Source: an uncultured Clostridia bacterium (GTDB lineage: Bacteria > Bacillota > Clostridia > Saccharofermentanales > DTU023). Taken from it: a DNA stretch of 64,000 nucleotides. The stretch's first letter is position 1; each line of letters starts with the position of its first letter. Where the stretch lies: positions 28,428-92,427 of the forward strand of contig CAMJYM010000003.1 in the NCBI GenBank assembly GCA_946220865.1. Direction: 5' to 3'. Position numbers and translations under genes: made by a program. Shown here one piece after another: positions 8,296-17,927 of this stretch. The notes beneath the pieces are model-generated. The model ran no database searches. It was not told the origin of the DNA and worked only from the letters and a program-made list of their open reading frames with translations.

Positions 8296-8376
8296 GGCAG
8301 GTCAGAGTTTTCATTCAGTCCTGAGGCCGTACTTGTTCAAACTGAAAAGCTTTCGACTTCAGTCCTGAGGCCGGAT

Positions 8377-8405
8377 TTGCACAGGACAGAAAAAAGTTTT
8401 AGAAT
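8377..8405 (+). promoter_or_regulatory. Sigma-A-type promoter for the FMN riboswitch and ribU (TTGCAC-17 nt-TAGAAT)
   Basis: The hexamers were read at 8377-8382 and 8400-8405. The riboswitch P1 region begins a few nt downstream. Confidence 0.6.
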
Positions 8406-8579
8406 AGGACTGTTTTCGGGGCAGGGTGAAATTCCCTACCGGCGGTGAAGCCTCAGGGCTAAGTCCGCGAACCTCCGCAAGGAGGCCGAGAGGGTGCAAT
8501 TCCCTCACCGACGGTACAGTCCGGATGAAAGAAAACAAAACAGCTAAGCTGTGTCGTGCCCCGTTCGGGGCTTTTTTTA
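8404..8579 (+). promoter_or_regulatory. FMN riboswitch (RFN element) with expression-platform terminator
   Basis: Conserved RFN blocks are present: TTCGGGGCAGGGTGAAATTCCCTACCGGCGGT, AGTCCGCGA, GGTGCAATTCC and CCGACGGTACAGTCCGGATGAAAGAAAAC. A GCCCCG-TTC-GGGGC hairpin plus T7 follows at 8558-8578. Confidence 0.93.
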
Positions 8580-8605
8580 TGCCCAGAGAAAGGAGATCTG
8601 TTTCC

Positions 8606-9283
8606 ATGTTGAACAAAAGTAACGAGCAAGTCATTTGCGAGAGTAAAAACGTGAGCCAGGAAGGTTTTACGGCTGAAGACAGTTCGGTCATGCAGAGTCA
8701 TCAGCTGCACGTTAAATGGATCGCCAAAGTGGCTTTGCTCTCAGCCATTGCCTATGTCCTCATGATGCTGGAATTCCCTCTGCCGCTGATGCCGGATTTT
8801 CTCAAGTTTGACTTCAGTGAAATCGCTTCGCTGCTCGCCGCCTTCAGCATGGGGCCTCTGGCCGGCGTGATGGTCTGCCTGCTGAAAAACCTGCTGCATC
8901 TCCCTTTCAGCAATACCATGATGATTGGCGAGCTGGCCAATTTTCTGATAGGCGCTGCCTTTGTGGGCACGGCCGGTCTCATTTACAGCCGACATAAGAC
9001 AAAAAAAGCGGCCATGCTGAGTATGGCCGCCGGAACCGTTGCCATGACGCTTGTGGGTTCTCTCTTTAATTTATGGATCAACATTCCCTTTTACGTTCAG
9101 GTGATGGGCTTTCCCCTCGAGGCCATCATTGGCCTCTCCCAGGCAGCTGGTAATACCCTTGTTCACGATATGAGCAGCCTGATTCTCTGGGTCTTTGTCC
9201 CGTTTAACCTTTTTAAGGGCGGCCTCATTTCTGTCCTGGTCAGTCTGATGTACAAAAAAGTCAGCCCGCTGCTGCACAGCTGA
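8606..9283 (+). CDS. ribU: Riboflavin transporter RibU (ECF S-component)
   Basis: 225 aa from ATG 8606, with an AAAGGAG Shine-Dalgarno. The ORF-track start at 8426 reads through the riboswitch. Polytopic membrane protein directly behind an FMN riboswitch. Confidence 0.85.
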   Translation: MLNKSNEQVICESKNVSQEGFTAEDSSVMQSHQLHVKWIAKVALLSAIAYVLMMLEFPLPLMPDFLKFDFSEIASLLAAFSMGPLAGVMVCLLKNLLHLPFSNTMMIGELANFLIGAAFVGTAGLIYSRHKTKKAAMLSMAAGTVAMTLVGSLFNLWINIPFYVQVMGFPLEAIIGLSQAAGNTLVHDMSSLILWVFVPFNLFKGGLISVLVSLMYKKVSPLLHS

Positions 9284-9429
9284 AAACCACGTGACCCTCA
9301 ACGGATGTCACCGCCTTACGGCACAAAATTTCTAAGCCCTGCTGCAAAGTCAACAGGGCTTAGGATTCTGATGAATGTGGCACAGAAAAAAAGCATTTTC
9401 GGCGGCGACTGCTGCAAAGTGAAGAGGGC

Positions 9430-11004
9430 TCAGGCTCCTAATTGCCGGATCACCCGAGCTGCATAAAGGGCTAAATCCGCTGAACGGACACTGGCACTGC
9501 CCTTCTTGGCCGCAGCCTGAACCGCAGCTTTACCATGGACATAAGCGCCCAGAACAGCCGCCATGGCCAGGCTCATCCCACGGGCGGCAAAACCTGAGAT
9601 AAGCCCTGTTAAGACGTCACCACTTCCTGCTCGGGAGAGCGCCGCAGAGGCAATGGGCAGAACAAAAGCCCGTCCATCCGGCAGGGCTATCACGGTACAG
9701 GCCCCTTTCAGCAGCACGATGGCCGCGAAGCGTGCGGCCATTTCCCGGGCTGTTTCCACGCGATCGTGCTTCATCCGGGGAAGCAGATCCGGGCAGAGAC
9801 GAGCGGCTTCTCCAGGATGTGGTGTCAGAAGGACGGAGCCTTCTCCAAGTCGTTCAGCCCTCTTTCTCAGAAGGCCCGCAGCATCAGGGCAGGCGGCGAG
9901 CACATTAATGGCGTCGGCATCGAGCACCAGAGGCTTGTCCCCCTCGATAAGCTCAAGGAGCTTCGTCATGCGGGATCGCCTCTGTCCCCAGGCCGGGCCA
10001 GCAGCCATCACTGTGGCTGCAGCGGCCGCATCCTTTCCGGTGATCGTTTCCGGGAAATCGCAGATGATCGAAGGCTCAAGCTCTTTATCCGTACTCAGGT
10101 AGAGATAGCCTGGTCCCGTCACGAGGGCTGCTTCCAGACAGAGGCGCAGGCCTCCGGGCATCTCAGGGCAACCCGCGAAAAGGGCAAGCCTTCCCCGCTC
10201 TCCTTTATGGCCAAAATTGTTTTCCTGAGGCAGGAGCGCTTTCGCCATAGCTAAATTGATGAGGCGCAGGTGATTTTCACTTAGAGCGAGCGCTTCTTCC
10301 GTCAGAGGCAGGCCGATCGGCAGGACTTCAACGCGACCGGCAAAGGCAGCTCCCGGCATATTGCAGAGGCCCGTTTTCGTCAGCACAAAAGAGAGAGTCA
10401 GATCGGCTTTGACGACGGCAGGATCCACACCACCGCTCGTTGCCTCCACCCCGGCAGGGAGATCCAGGGAGATCACGCGGCTCCCCTGCTTCTGCCACGC
10501 TCTGAGCTGGACGGAGGCCTGAGCCATCGCAGCATTTAAGGGTCGTTCGAGGGTAAAACCCGTGCCAAGCATCCCTTCAATGATGAAATCAGGACGTTCC
10601 AGCTCGTTCCAGAAGTCAGCAGATTCTTCAGCGGGAAAAATGGGCAGGCCCATACGGGCCGCCGCCGACCGCATCGTTTCAGCTTCTTCGCCCAGAGACT
10701 TCTGCGGGCAGAAGTCAATCACGGTGATTTGCGAGCTGAGACTTAAAAGCTGCCGGGCAAGCGCCCAGGCGTCTCCTCCGTTCATGCCGGGTCCTGCAAG
10801 CAGGAGAATCTTCGATTCAGGGTGAAGAACCTGCAAGCGTAAAAAATGAAAAGCGGCTGCCGCTGCCTGTTCCATGAGGAGCAGGAGGGGCAGGCCGCTT
10901 TTTTCGACCCAGTAATGATCAAGCGCGCGTTGTTCCTGACGACCCAGGGCACGCTCTCCAAGCTGGAAAATATCTTCCGGAAAAATGGTTTCTGTGGACG
11001 TCAT
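9430..11004 (-). CDS. nnr: Bifunctional NAD(P)H-hydrate epimerase / ADP-dependent dehydratase
   Basis: 524 aa. YjeF N-terminal motif LAGPGMNGGDAW and C-terminal kinase-fold motif GSGDVLTGLISGFAARG. Confidence 0.88.
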   Translation of the reverse strand: MTSTETIFPEDIFQLGERALGRQEQRALDHYWVEKSGLPLLLLMEQAAAAAFHFLRLQVLHPESKILLLAGPGMNGGDAWALARQLLSLSSQITVIDFCPQKSLGEEAETMRSAAARMGLPIFPAEESADFWNELERPDFIIEGMLGTGFTLERPLNAAMAQASVQLRAWQKQGSRVISLDLPAGVEATSGGVDPAVVKADLTLSFVLTKTGLCNMPGAAFAGRVEVLPIGLPLTEEALALSENHLRLINLAMAKALLPQENNFGHKGERGRLALFAGCPEMPGGLRLCLEAALVTGPGYLYLSTDKELEPSIICDFPETITGKDAAAAATVMAAGPAWGQRRSRMTKLLELIEGDKPLVLDADAINVLAACPDAAGLLRKRAERLGEGSVLLTPHPGEAARLCPDLLPRMKHDRVETAREMAARFAAIVLLKGACTVIALPDGRAFVLPIASAALSRAGSGDVLTGLISGFAARGMSLAMAAVLGAYVHGKAAVQAAAKKGSASVRSADLALYAARVIRQLGA

Positions 11005-11028
11005 CGCAGGACTCCGAAAAGAATAAAC

Positions 11029-11352
11029 TCAGGCTTCCAGCACCTGCTTGAGAGCTGCTTCGAGTTCCTCATAGGGACGAGCTCCCACCAGTTTATTCAC
11101 GACCTCTCCGCCTTTGAAAATGTAGAGCGTGGGAATGCTCATCACACGAAACTTTTCCGCGAGACCGGACTGTTCATCAACATTGATTTTGCCAACATCC
11201 ACCTGTCCCTCAAAGGTCTCAGAAAGTTTATCCACAACCGGGGAAACCATGCGGCAGGGACCGCACCAGCTTGCCCAGAAATCAACCAGAACGGGCTTCT
11301 CATTTTTTTCCACGAATTCGCTAAAGTTTTTTTCAGTAATTTCAGTCGTCAT
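11029..11352 (-). CDS. trxA: Thioredoxin
   Basis: 107 aa from ATG 11352, with a GGAGGG Shine-Dalgarno. WCGPC active site in VDFWASWCGPCRM. Confidence 0.92.
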   Translation of the reverse strand: MTTEITEKNFSEFVEKNEKPVLVDFWASWCGPCRMVSPVVDKLSETFEGQVDVGKINVDEQSGLAEKFRVMSIPTLYIFKGGEVVNKLVGARPYEELEAALKQVLEA

Positions 11353-11549
11353 TTTTCCCTCCACGTGATGCATCAGCCGGACCTGGCGTCTCAGATAAGA
11401 GAGGCGGTTCCTAAGTCCGTGACTGTATGGACTTTTGTCCAAGTCTTTTGCTGCGCTTATTATAGATGCCAAAGCTTGAAAACACAGTAACAATAGATAC
11501 CTGTCCTTTAGCCCTGAAGAGCAAAGTGAATGTAAGGTTAAAGAAGAAA

Positions 11550-11586
11550 AGCAGTTTCGGTCAGCCTTGCCGAAACTGCTCTTTTG
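11550..11586 (-). terminator. Intrinsic terminator (palindromic) about 220 nt downstream of the zinc-ribbon membrane protein gene
   Basis: 11-bp stem AGCAGTTTCGG / CCGAAACTGCT with T-rich flanks on both strands. Confidence 0.6.
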
Positions 11587-11808
11587 GAGGAGAAAGTATG
11601 AAAGAAGGACTTGCCTTCATCAGCTCTTCGAGATGATTATAAAGGTTGAAAATGACGAAGGTGCTAAGAAAGTGTAAACGATATGAAAACAAACAGAAAA
11701 GCAGAGAAAAACAGCAGCGTTGGGAAAGCTTGATTTCAGGCACAGAATCTTAGCTGGATCTCGCGGATCTCGTGCACAGATTTTTAAAGGAAAGAAAAAA
11801 TCGAGAGC

Positions 11809-12621
11809 TTATTCTGAAGCCCTGGCTGCGCTCGTCTCAGAGCTGTCGCTGTTCCCTTCAGGGCTTTTTTCATCTGCCGGGGCTGCTGATGGCGTTGCCT
11901 CACGATAAGGCAATTCTTCAAGGTTCAATTCAGCACTTCCGTCCTGCCCGGAAATGTTCCAGCCACCCTGGGGGGTTGCAATGTGCAGTTTCACTGCTTT
12001 TCTTCCTGCATCGTCCTCTGACAGCGCCATGGTTTTGGCCCGGGAGCTGCAGTAGTCCTCAAAAAGTTTCTCCGCCTCTTTTTGCTCAATCGCCTTCGGC
12101 AGTGCAAGATAAACCTCATTATTATTCAAATTCTGAATATTGAAGTTTTCCCCCAGCTTCAGTTTAATATCATCTCTTGCCGCAAAATCCTCAGCGATGG
12201 CCAGACGATAGCGGTCTCGGTGCAGAGTAAAGGGCAGGCAGAGAACCAGCGTCAGAAGAATGACACCCGCAAATAGCAGGGTAAGCAAGAGGATCTTCCG
12301 CGGGCCGAGATCAAGGCTGGGGACTTTCGTTGTCGGCCTGACATAAACGGGCGCTGGATCAGCTGAAGCTGTACTGGAGGCTGTTTTTTGCGGAGCAGAG
12401 AGATGAACATGGGAACGGCTGGGCACCGGGTCAAGACAGGGCCCCTCGTATTTTGGCTGAGGAAGATTCGGAAAGGTATATTCTCCAGCATCCTTATAAA
12501 GTTCAAACGCTTTGGCGTTATCAAAAACCGCGTCACAATAGAGGCAATGTCCTTTTTCCTGCTCAGAATCCAGGATGAGAATGGAGCCGCAATTCGTGCA
12601 GCGGCCTTCTTGAAGCGCCAT
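11809..12621 (-). CDS. Membrane protein with an N-terminal zinc ribbon, function unknown
   Basis: Likely start is ATG 12621 (GGGAGG Shine-Dalgarno). CTNCG-x14-CLYC zinc ribbon, one TM segment (ILLLTLLFAGVILLTLVLCL) and an extracytoplasmic domain. I did not recognise a family. Confidence 0.6.
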   Translation of the reverse strand: MALQEGRCTNCGSILILDSEQEKGHCLYCDAVFDNAKAFELYKDAGEYTFPNLPQPKYEGPCLDPVPSRSHVHLSAPQKTASSTASADPAPVYVRPTTKVPSLDLGPRKILLLTLLFAGVILLTLVLCLPFTLHRDRYRLAIAEDFAARDDIKLKLGENFNIQNLNNNEVYLALPKAIEQKEAEKLFEDYCSSRAKTMALSEDDAGRKAVKLHIATPQGGWNISGQDGSAELNLEELPYREATPSAAPADEKSPEGNSDSSETSAARASE

Positions 12622-12760
12622 GGCGAGTACCTCCCTTTGAGCTTTCCTCAAGCTCTTTCACGTTGTATTATCATAATAAAAATGTCAGCGTCCTGCAAGC
12701 GACAAAGCTCGTCGGCAAGCCACAGGGAAGCTCACATAAGTCAGGTATTCATGGTGAAAG

Positions 12761-13360
12761 ATGTGCCGTAAAGAAGATGAAAACATGCTGCGTCTCGCCC
12801 TGAGTGCAGCCGAAAAGGCCAAAGCTGCCGGAGAAGTGACCGTCAGCGATGAAAACATGATGCAGCTCGCTCTGAGTGCAGCCGAAAAAGCCGGCGCTGC
12901 CGGAGAAGTCCCTGTCGGCGCGGTCATTTGCCTTGACGGGCAAATTCTCGCCTGCTGTGGCAACCAGGTGGAAAGTACACAGGATCCTTCGGCTCATGCG
13001 GAGCTTTTGTGCATTCGCGAGGCCGCAGGCAAACTGCATAGTCGCTATCTGGATCGCTGCACTCTCTACGTGACTCTTGAGCCCTGTCCGATGTGCGCCG
13101 GAGCTATTTTACAGAGTCATCTTCCGCGTCTCGTCTACGGCGCAGCCGATCCCAAAAGCGGAGCGATTCATTCTCGCCTGGCCACTTTTGAACTTGGCCT
13201 TCCCCATCACCCCGAGATCTGCAGCGGAGTTTTGGAGGAAGACTGTTCAAATATGCTAAAATCATTTTTCAGGACTAAGCGGCGTATCAACAAAGCCGAG
13301 GGCAGTCGGAGTGTCAGAAAAGCACGCGCCATTGCTCTGCAGCAGGCCAGGGAAGAATAA
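12761..13360 (+). CDS. tadA: tRNA adenosine(34) deaminase TadA with a duplicated N-terminal segment
   Basis: Deaminase motifs HAELLCIREA and LEPCPMCAGAI. The start codon is ambiguous: 12761, 12785 or 12857/12860. Confidence 0.85.
   Translation: MCRKEDENMLRLALSAAEKAKAAGEVTVSDENMMQLALSAAEKAGAAGEVPVGAVICLDGQILACCGNQVESTQDPSAHAELLCIREAAGKLHSRYLDRCTLYVTLEPCPMCAGAILQSHLPRLVYGAADPKSGAIHSRLATFELGLPHHPEICSGVLEEDCSNMLKSFFRTKRRINKAEGSRSVRKARAIALQQAREE
12776..12919 (+). repeat. In-frame 72-bp tandem duplication at the 5' end of tadA
   Basis: Copy 1 (12776-12847) encodes DENMLRLALSAAEKAKAAGEVTVS. Copy 2 (12848-12919) encodes DENMMQLALSAAEKAGAAGEVPVG. About 12 of 72 nt differ. Confidence 0.9.
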
Positions 13361-13408
13361 AAGCACAGGTCCTGGTTTTCCGGGGCGAAGCAGGAACAGG
13401 AAGAGAGC

Positions 13409-14131
13409 ATGGCAACAAAGACCAGCTTTGAAACAGCAAGTAAATCACAAAAGAAGAGCCGGAGCGGTCATTATGTCCCGCCCAGACGCTCCCTTACCGG
13501 TCGTTTCATTCTCTGGCTGGGCCGCCTTATTGCCCGAAGAAAGCTGCTGGTTGAGGTCAGCGGTCTTGAGCATCTGCCCTCTGAGGCTCCTTACGTGCTC
13601 GCTGCCAACCATGTTTCTTATGTCGATGGTCTCTGGATTCTTAACGCCCTGCCCCGCAAAATGCTCCCCCTTACCTGTGTCATGGTCGGCGCCGACATGC
13701 CTTCGGACTACGGTTTAGTTGGTAAAGCCGCTACATTGGCCGCCCGCGCCATTCTCGTCGAGCGCAAAGGTAACCCTGTGCGGGGACTGATCATAGCTAA
13801 AAATGCCATGCTTGCGGGCAACAATGTGCTGATACATCCGGAAGGCACGCGCAGTCATGATGGGCGACTTGGCGATATCCACAGCGGAGCAGCTTATCTG
13901 GCCGCCAAAACAGGGCGTCCCCTGATTCCGGTCTATCTGAATGGCGCCTATGAGATATGGCCGCGCAGTCAGAAGTTCCCCAGCTTCAAGGACGAGCAGG
14001 GTCAGAAACGCCGACTGGAACTCATCTTCGGTGAAGATCTCAATGCCGATCAGAATCCTGAGCGCGAAGCCTTGAATGAGCGCTTAAAAGCCTGGCTCAA
14101 AGAGATGCAGGCGCAAAAGCTGGATGGTTGA
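13409..14131 (+). CDS. plsC: 1-acyl-sn-glycerol-3-phosphate (lysophospholipid) acyltransferase family
   Basis: HxxxxD motif (ANHVSYVDG) and PEGTRS motif. Confidence 0.8.
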   Translation: MATKTSFETASKSQKKSRSGHYVPPRRSLTGRFILWLGRLIARRKLLVEVSGLEHLPSEAPYVLAANHVSYVDGLWILNALPRKMLPLTCVMVGADMPSDYGLVGKAATLAARAILVERKGNPVRGLIIAKNAMLAGNNVLIHPEGTRSHDGRLGDIHSGAAYLAAKTGRPLIPVYLNGAYEIWPRSQKFPSFKDEQGQKRRLELIFGEDLNADQNPEREALNERLKAWLKEMQAQKLDG

Positions 14132-14231
14132 CAGACAAGATGTCCAGGGCGTCAGGCATCTTGAGCATCAGCCTTTAACGAGAAAGAATTTTTTGCTTTC
14201 TGCCGCTACCCTTTTTCTCTTCGGCTCGCCT

Positions 14232-16124
14232 CTACTCCTTGCCCTCTATTTCGTCCTTTTCTTCTTCCTCACCGTCATTTTCGTCTTCAAGTTGATCCAG
14301 ATTACGGCCGATCAGCTCGCGCCAGCCGATTTTTTTCTTCTCCAGTAAATCCCTGAGCTGCTGTATTTCAGCCCCGCGTTTAATCTTCAGGGTCGTCGTC
14401 TTCAGCATTTCGGTGAAGCTGTAGGCATAAGAACGAATGCCCTTGAACGAGGGCAGCGCTTCGTTGGTCTTTTTAACCGTGTTCTCCAGCAGACGCTGGA
14501 TGCTGCTTTTGTCCAGCGGCTGTCCGTCCTGACTCATGGCCTCTTTGTCGAGCACGATTTTGGCGCTGAGAACAAGATCTCCGTTGACATCGGCCTGTTC
14601 AAAAAGCAACGATTCCTTGACGTAGGGGCGCTGATTGAGCAGAGTCTCTATTTCCTCGGGAAATACTTTCTTGCCGGAGGGCAGAACGATCATCGACTTG
14701 GTGCGTCCGGTCAGATAAAGGGCTCCTGTCTCAGGGTCCATGCGGCCGATATCTCCGCTGTGAAACCAGCCGTCTTTGCTGAAACATTCTTCGTTAAGCT
14801 CGTCATTCTGATAATATCCGAGCATGACCATATCGCCCTTTACCAGGATTTCTCCTGGTTCGCCATCTTTTTCATTGTCGATAGCAAGGGTTACACCAGA
14901 GAGCGGAAAGCCACAGCTGCCGCGTACATTGATCTGCGTATTGCAGCCGGCAACCACAGGGGCCGTTTCGGTCATGCCGTAGCCCTGAAGAATGTCTACA
15001 CCGATATCGTGAAAGAAATCAATAATCTTTTTATCCAGAGCCGCAGCCCCGGAAATGGCAATGTAAAAATTTCCGCCCATTTCATCAAGTATGCTTTTAA
15101 AGATTTTTCTGCGGAGATCAATGCCCAGGGCCATCAGGCCGCGCGAGAGCTTTAAGCCGAATTTGAGTTTTTTCAACTGGCCGGTCTTTTCTGCATTCTG
15201 CAGAATTTTGCGGTACATCAGCTCAAAAACGGTGGGCACGCTGATGAGCATATGAACCTGGTACTCTTTTAAGTTTTTGCTGATATAGCGCAGACCGTCG
15301 TAGAGATGAATACAGCCGCCGAGCGAGAGCACGGAAAGAAAGCCGCAGGTATTCTCAAAGGTGTGGTGCAGGGGCAGAAAGGACAGGCTCTGCAGGGGAT
15401 CTTTGAAGCGCACGGTTTCCAGCAGAGCGCGGATATCGGCACAGATATTGGCATTGGACAGCATAACCGCCTTGGAACTGGCGGTAGTCCCAGAGGTGAA
15501 AAGCAGGACAGCCAGTTCATCCTTATCCAGGGACTGCATTTCGACAAGCTGACCCGCGGCCCTGCGTGAACGTCCAAGCTCAAGAACGTCTTCAAAGAAA
15601 AGGCATGTTTGCCCGCAGGCTTCAACCTCAGCCGAAAAAGCCGCGAGCTCTTCCTTTTTATGCAGGCGCTGCTGCTGCATGACAATCCAGCGCTGGACTC
15701 CAGGACATGCCTTAATAAAAGGTCTCAGAGATTCGACCATGCTGGCATCAAGGACGAAAGTGGTGACTTCTCCCCTCTGCAGGAGGCTGGCCAGTTCTTC
15801 ACCGGGCAGCAGTCTGTCCAGTGGGACAAGCACCGAATTGCCTTCCACGACTGCCAGATAAGTGAGCATCCAGGGATAACTGTTATCCCCTACAATGGCC
15901 ACACGTCCACCCTGTTCCCCTTCGGCGATCAGGCCCTGCTCCAGATCCGCCGCATCCTCAGCAAATTGTTTGTAGCTGATCTTCTGGAGCTGCTGATCGG
16001 AAGGCCGCTCGCGAAAAACAAGAGCCGTCCTGTCCGCATACTTTTGGGCCCCCTGCCTGAGGATATCGCTCAGGTGGAAAATCGGAGGCGCATCAAAATA
16101 TTTTATGCCATGACAGATTTGCAT
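14232..16124 (-). CDS. Long-chain-fatty-acid--CoA ligase (AMP-binding superfamily)
   Basis: Likely start is ATG 16124 (GGAGGA Shine-Dalgarno). AMP-binding motifs LFTSGTTASSKAVMLSNANI and GYGMTET, with an acidic C-terminal tail. Confidence 0.85.
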   Translation of the reverse strand: MQICHGIKYFDAPPIFHLSDILRQGAQKYADRTALVFRERPSDQQLQKISYKQFAEDAADLEQGLIAEGEQGGRVAIVGDNSYPWMLTYLAVVEGNSVLVPLDRLLPGEELASLLQRGEVTTFVLDASMVESLRPFIKACPGVQRWIVMQQQRLHKKEELAAFSAEVEACGQTCLFFEDVLELGRSRRAAGQLVEMQSLDKDELAVLLFTSGTTASSKAVMLSNANICADIRALLETVRFKDPLQSLSFLPLHHTFENTCGFLSVLSLGGCIHLYDGLRYISKNLKEYQVHMLISVPTVFELMYRKILQNAEKTGQLKKLKFGLKLSRGLMALGIDLRRKIFKSILDEMGGNFYIAISGAAALDKKIIDFFHDIGVDILQGYGMTETAPVVAGCNTQINVRGSCGFPLSGVTLAIDNEKDGEPGEILVKGDMVMLGYYQNDELNEECFSKDGWFHSGDIGRMDPETGALYLTGRTKSMIVLPSGKKVFPEEIETLLNQRPYVKESLLFEQADVNGDLVLSAKIVLDKEAMSQDGQPLDKSSIQRLLENTVKKTNEALPSFKGIRSYAYSFTEMLKTTTLKIKRGAEIQQLRDLLEKKKIGWRELIGRNLDQLEDENDGEEEEKDEIEGKE

Positions 16125-16255
16125 GAAATCTTCCTCCACTACAACTATGTTAAAATATGGTTCAGGAATGACCCTGCCTGACCGCCTTCGATTCCGCCCG
16201 CATAAAACTTTGTCCGGAGTCCGGCAGGTCATGATTTCAGAGGACAGGTTAAGGC

Positions 16256-16672
16256 ATGAATGAACCCACGTTATGGAGTCCCAAACAGGCTTCCCGCTCC
16301 CGTTATGATTTTATCAGAAGCTATTATGATGGAATTGAGACGGATATGCAAAAGTTTTGCGGCTCTTACCTATCCAGACTGCGCAAACGGAGCGGTAAAA
16401 CTCAAAATTGTCTGGCAGAGCAACTGCTGTGCTCAGTGAACGCGATATCCCAGGTCGAAAATGGTGCTGTCTTTCAGCACATGGATTTTTTTTGCAAACT
16501 CTGTCATGAATTGGGCTGCCAGCCCACGGATCTTCTACAGCAGGCCCGCAGCTCCTGTCTCCTGCAGCAGGGATCTCAGACAGCTGTTTATCCGGATAAG
16601 TCAGGCACAACAAGTCCGCTGAACACATGTCGGCCAGACAAAGATGACTGCGCTCAAAGAGATGAAAGCTGA
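16256..16672 (+). CDS. XRE-family helix-turn-helix protein
   Basis: The HTH-like segment LRKRSGKTQNCLAEQLLCSVNAISQVENG. Overlaps the next gene by 29 nt. Confidence 0.5.
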   Translation: MNEPTLWSPKQASRSRYDFIRSYYDGIETDMQKFCGSYLSRLRKRSGKTQNCLAEQLLCSVNAISQVENGAVFQHMDFFCKLCHELGCQPTDLLQQARSSCLLQQGSQTAVYPDKSGTTSPLNTCRPDKDDCAQRDES

Positions 16673-17927
16673 ATCACTGGCACTGCTCATTGTAGGAGCC
16701 GGCCCGGCCGGCCTGGCTGCGGCTCTGGCGGCTGCGGAAGAAGGCTGTCCGGCGCTTCTTCTGGAGAGCAAGGGCGAGGCAGGACAGAAACTCCGCCTGA
16801 CGGGTGGAGGTCGCTGCAATATCAGCAATTTAGCGGCCGATGATTTTACCCACGATCACTATTTTGGCCAGGCAGCTTTCCTGCGCCCGGCCTTCAGAGT
16901 TCTGTCTCCTGAAGTTCTCCGGGAGCGCTGCCAGCGCCAGGGCCTGCCATTAATTTGCGAGGAAGGCGTTCGCCTCTACCCGCGTGATGGTGGAGCCGAA
17001 GCCGTGCGCAACTTTCTTCTGCGGCGGGCCAGAGAACTGGGTGTGCAGCTGCGCTGCCGCCAGAAAGCTCTGGCGCTCAAACCCTTGCCGGAGGGTATTC
17101 TGCTGCAAAGCGAGAAGCAGGCTTACCTTGCCCGCGCTCTGATTCTTTGCGGAGGCGGAGCTTCCTTTCCTCAGACAGGTTCAGATGGTTCTGTCCTTGA
17201 GCTTCTTGCTTCTTTTGGCTGCAGCTTCCGTCCGTTTACCCCCGCCCTGACCGGCTTGCCTTTGAAAAAGGCCCCAGGCTCTGACTTACAGGGTCTGGTC
17301 TTTAAGGACGCGGAACTGCGCTTCAAAGCGGCATCTTCGCGAAGCAGGCGGACTGCAGCAAGCTTTCGCGGTGACATACTGCTGACGGCCAGCGGCCTGA
17401 GCGGAACTCCCGTGCTCAACCTCTCGCGGGAACGGAGTGAGGAGGGCGGCTCCTTTTTTCTATCGCTATTGCCCGACGAAACGGAAAGCAGCCTTATCCC
17501 CCATCTCCTCAACCTTGCTCATGACAATGGTCGTTCGCTCTGCCGGAACCTTCCCTGGCCCGCGCTGCCCAGAAAACTCCGTGCAGCTGCTCTGCAGCAC
17601 TGCGGCATAGATCCCGACAAACAGGGCGCAAATTTCAGCCGTGAAGAGGCCGCCCGCCTGGCCTCATCGCTGCTCGTAAAAAAGCTGGACCTGGGGAACA
17701 GCCCCCCGCTCCGCAGCGCTATGCTGAGCCGCGGTGGCCTCCTTCTGGAAGAGCTAAATCCCCGTACCATGTCTCTGCGCAAAGATCCCCGCATTTTTGC
17801 CGCAGGCGAATTGCTCGATATTGACGGCGAATGCGGCGGCTTTAATCTCCAGGCTGCTTTCGCCAGCGGATTCCTGGCCGGAAAGAGCGCTGCGGCCCTG
17901 CTGAAAGGCAGCTCATATCAGGAATAA
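16644..17927 (+). CDS. NAD(P)/FAD-dependent oxidoreductase, HI0933/YhiN (BaiN-like) family
   Basis: Dinucleotide-binding motif IVGAGPAGLAAALAAAEEG and family motif LTGGGRCNISN. Confidence 0.75.
   Translation: MTALKEMKAESLALLIVGAGPAGLAAALAAAEEGCPALLLESKGEAGQKLRLTGGGRCNISNLAADDFTHDHYFGQAAFLRPAFRVLSPEVLRERCQRQGLPLICEEGVRLYPRDGGAEAVRNFLLRRARELGVQLRCRQKALALKPLPEGILLQSEKQAYLARALILCGGGASFPQTGSDGSVLELLASFGCSFRPFTPALTGLPLKKAPGSDLQGLVFKDAELRFKAASSRSRRTAASFRGDILLTASGLSGTPVLNLSRERSEEGGSFFLSLLPDETESSLIPHLLNLAHDNGRSLCRNLPWPALPRKLRAAALQHCGIDPDKQGANFSREEAARLASSLLVKKLDLGNSPPLRSAMLSRGGLLLEELNPRTMSLRKDPRIFAAGELLDIDGECGGFNLQAAFASGFLAGKSAAALLKGSSYQE

Noticed and set aside
9339-9434. 26-bp direct repeat CTGCTGCAAAGTNAANAGGGCTNAGG at 9339-9364 and 9409-9434, between the convergent ribU and nnr genes.
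   Set aside because: The repeat is real. The first copy is simply part of a terminator-like hairpin, and the second overlaps the nnr stop. This is most simply a duplicated terminator fragment, so I did not raise it as a finding.
11590-11760. Small ORFs in the purine-rich gap between the 11550 terminator and the zinc-ribbon gene. They are a 12-aa MKEGLAFISSSR behind GGAGGAG, a 33-aa basic peptide on the plus strand, and the 60-aa minus-strand ORF at 11561-11743.
   Set aside because: None has both a convincing Shine-Dalgarno and a recognisable sequence pattern. The 60-aa ORF runs through the terminator hairpin. Calling them is not possible without expression or conservation data.
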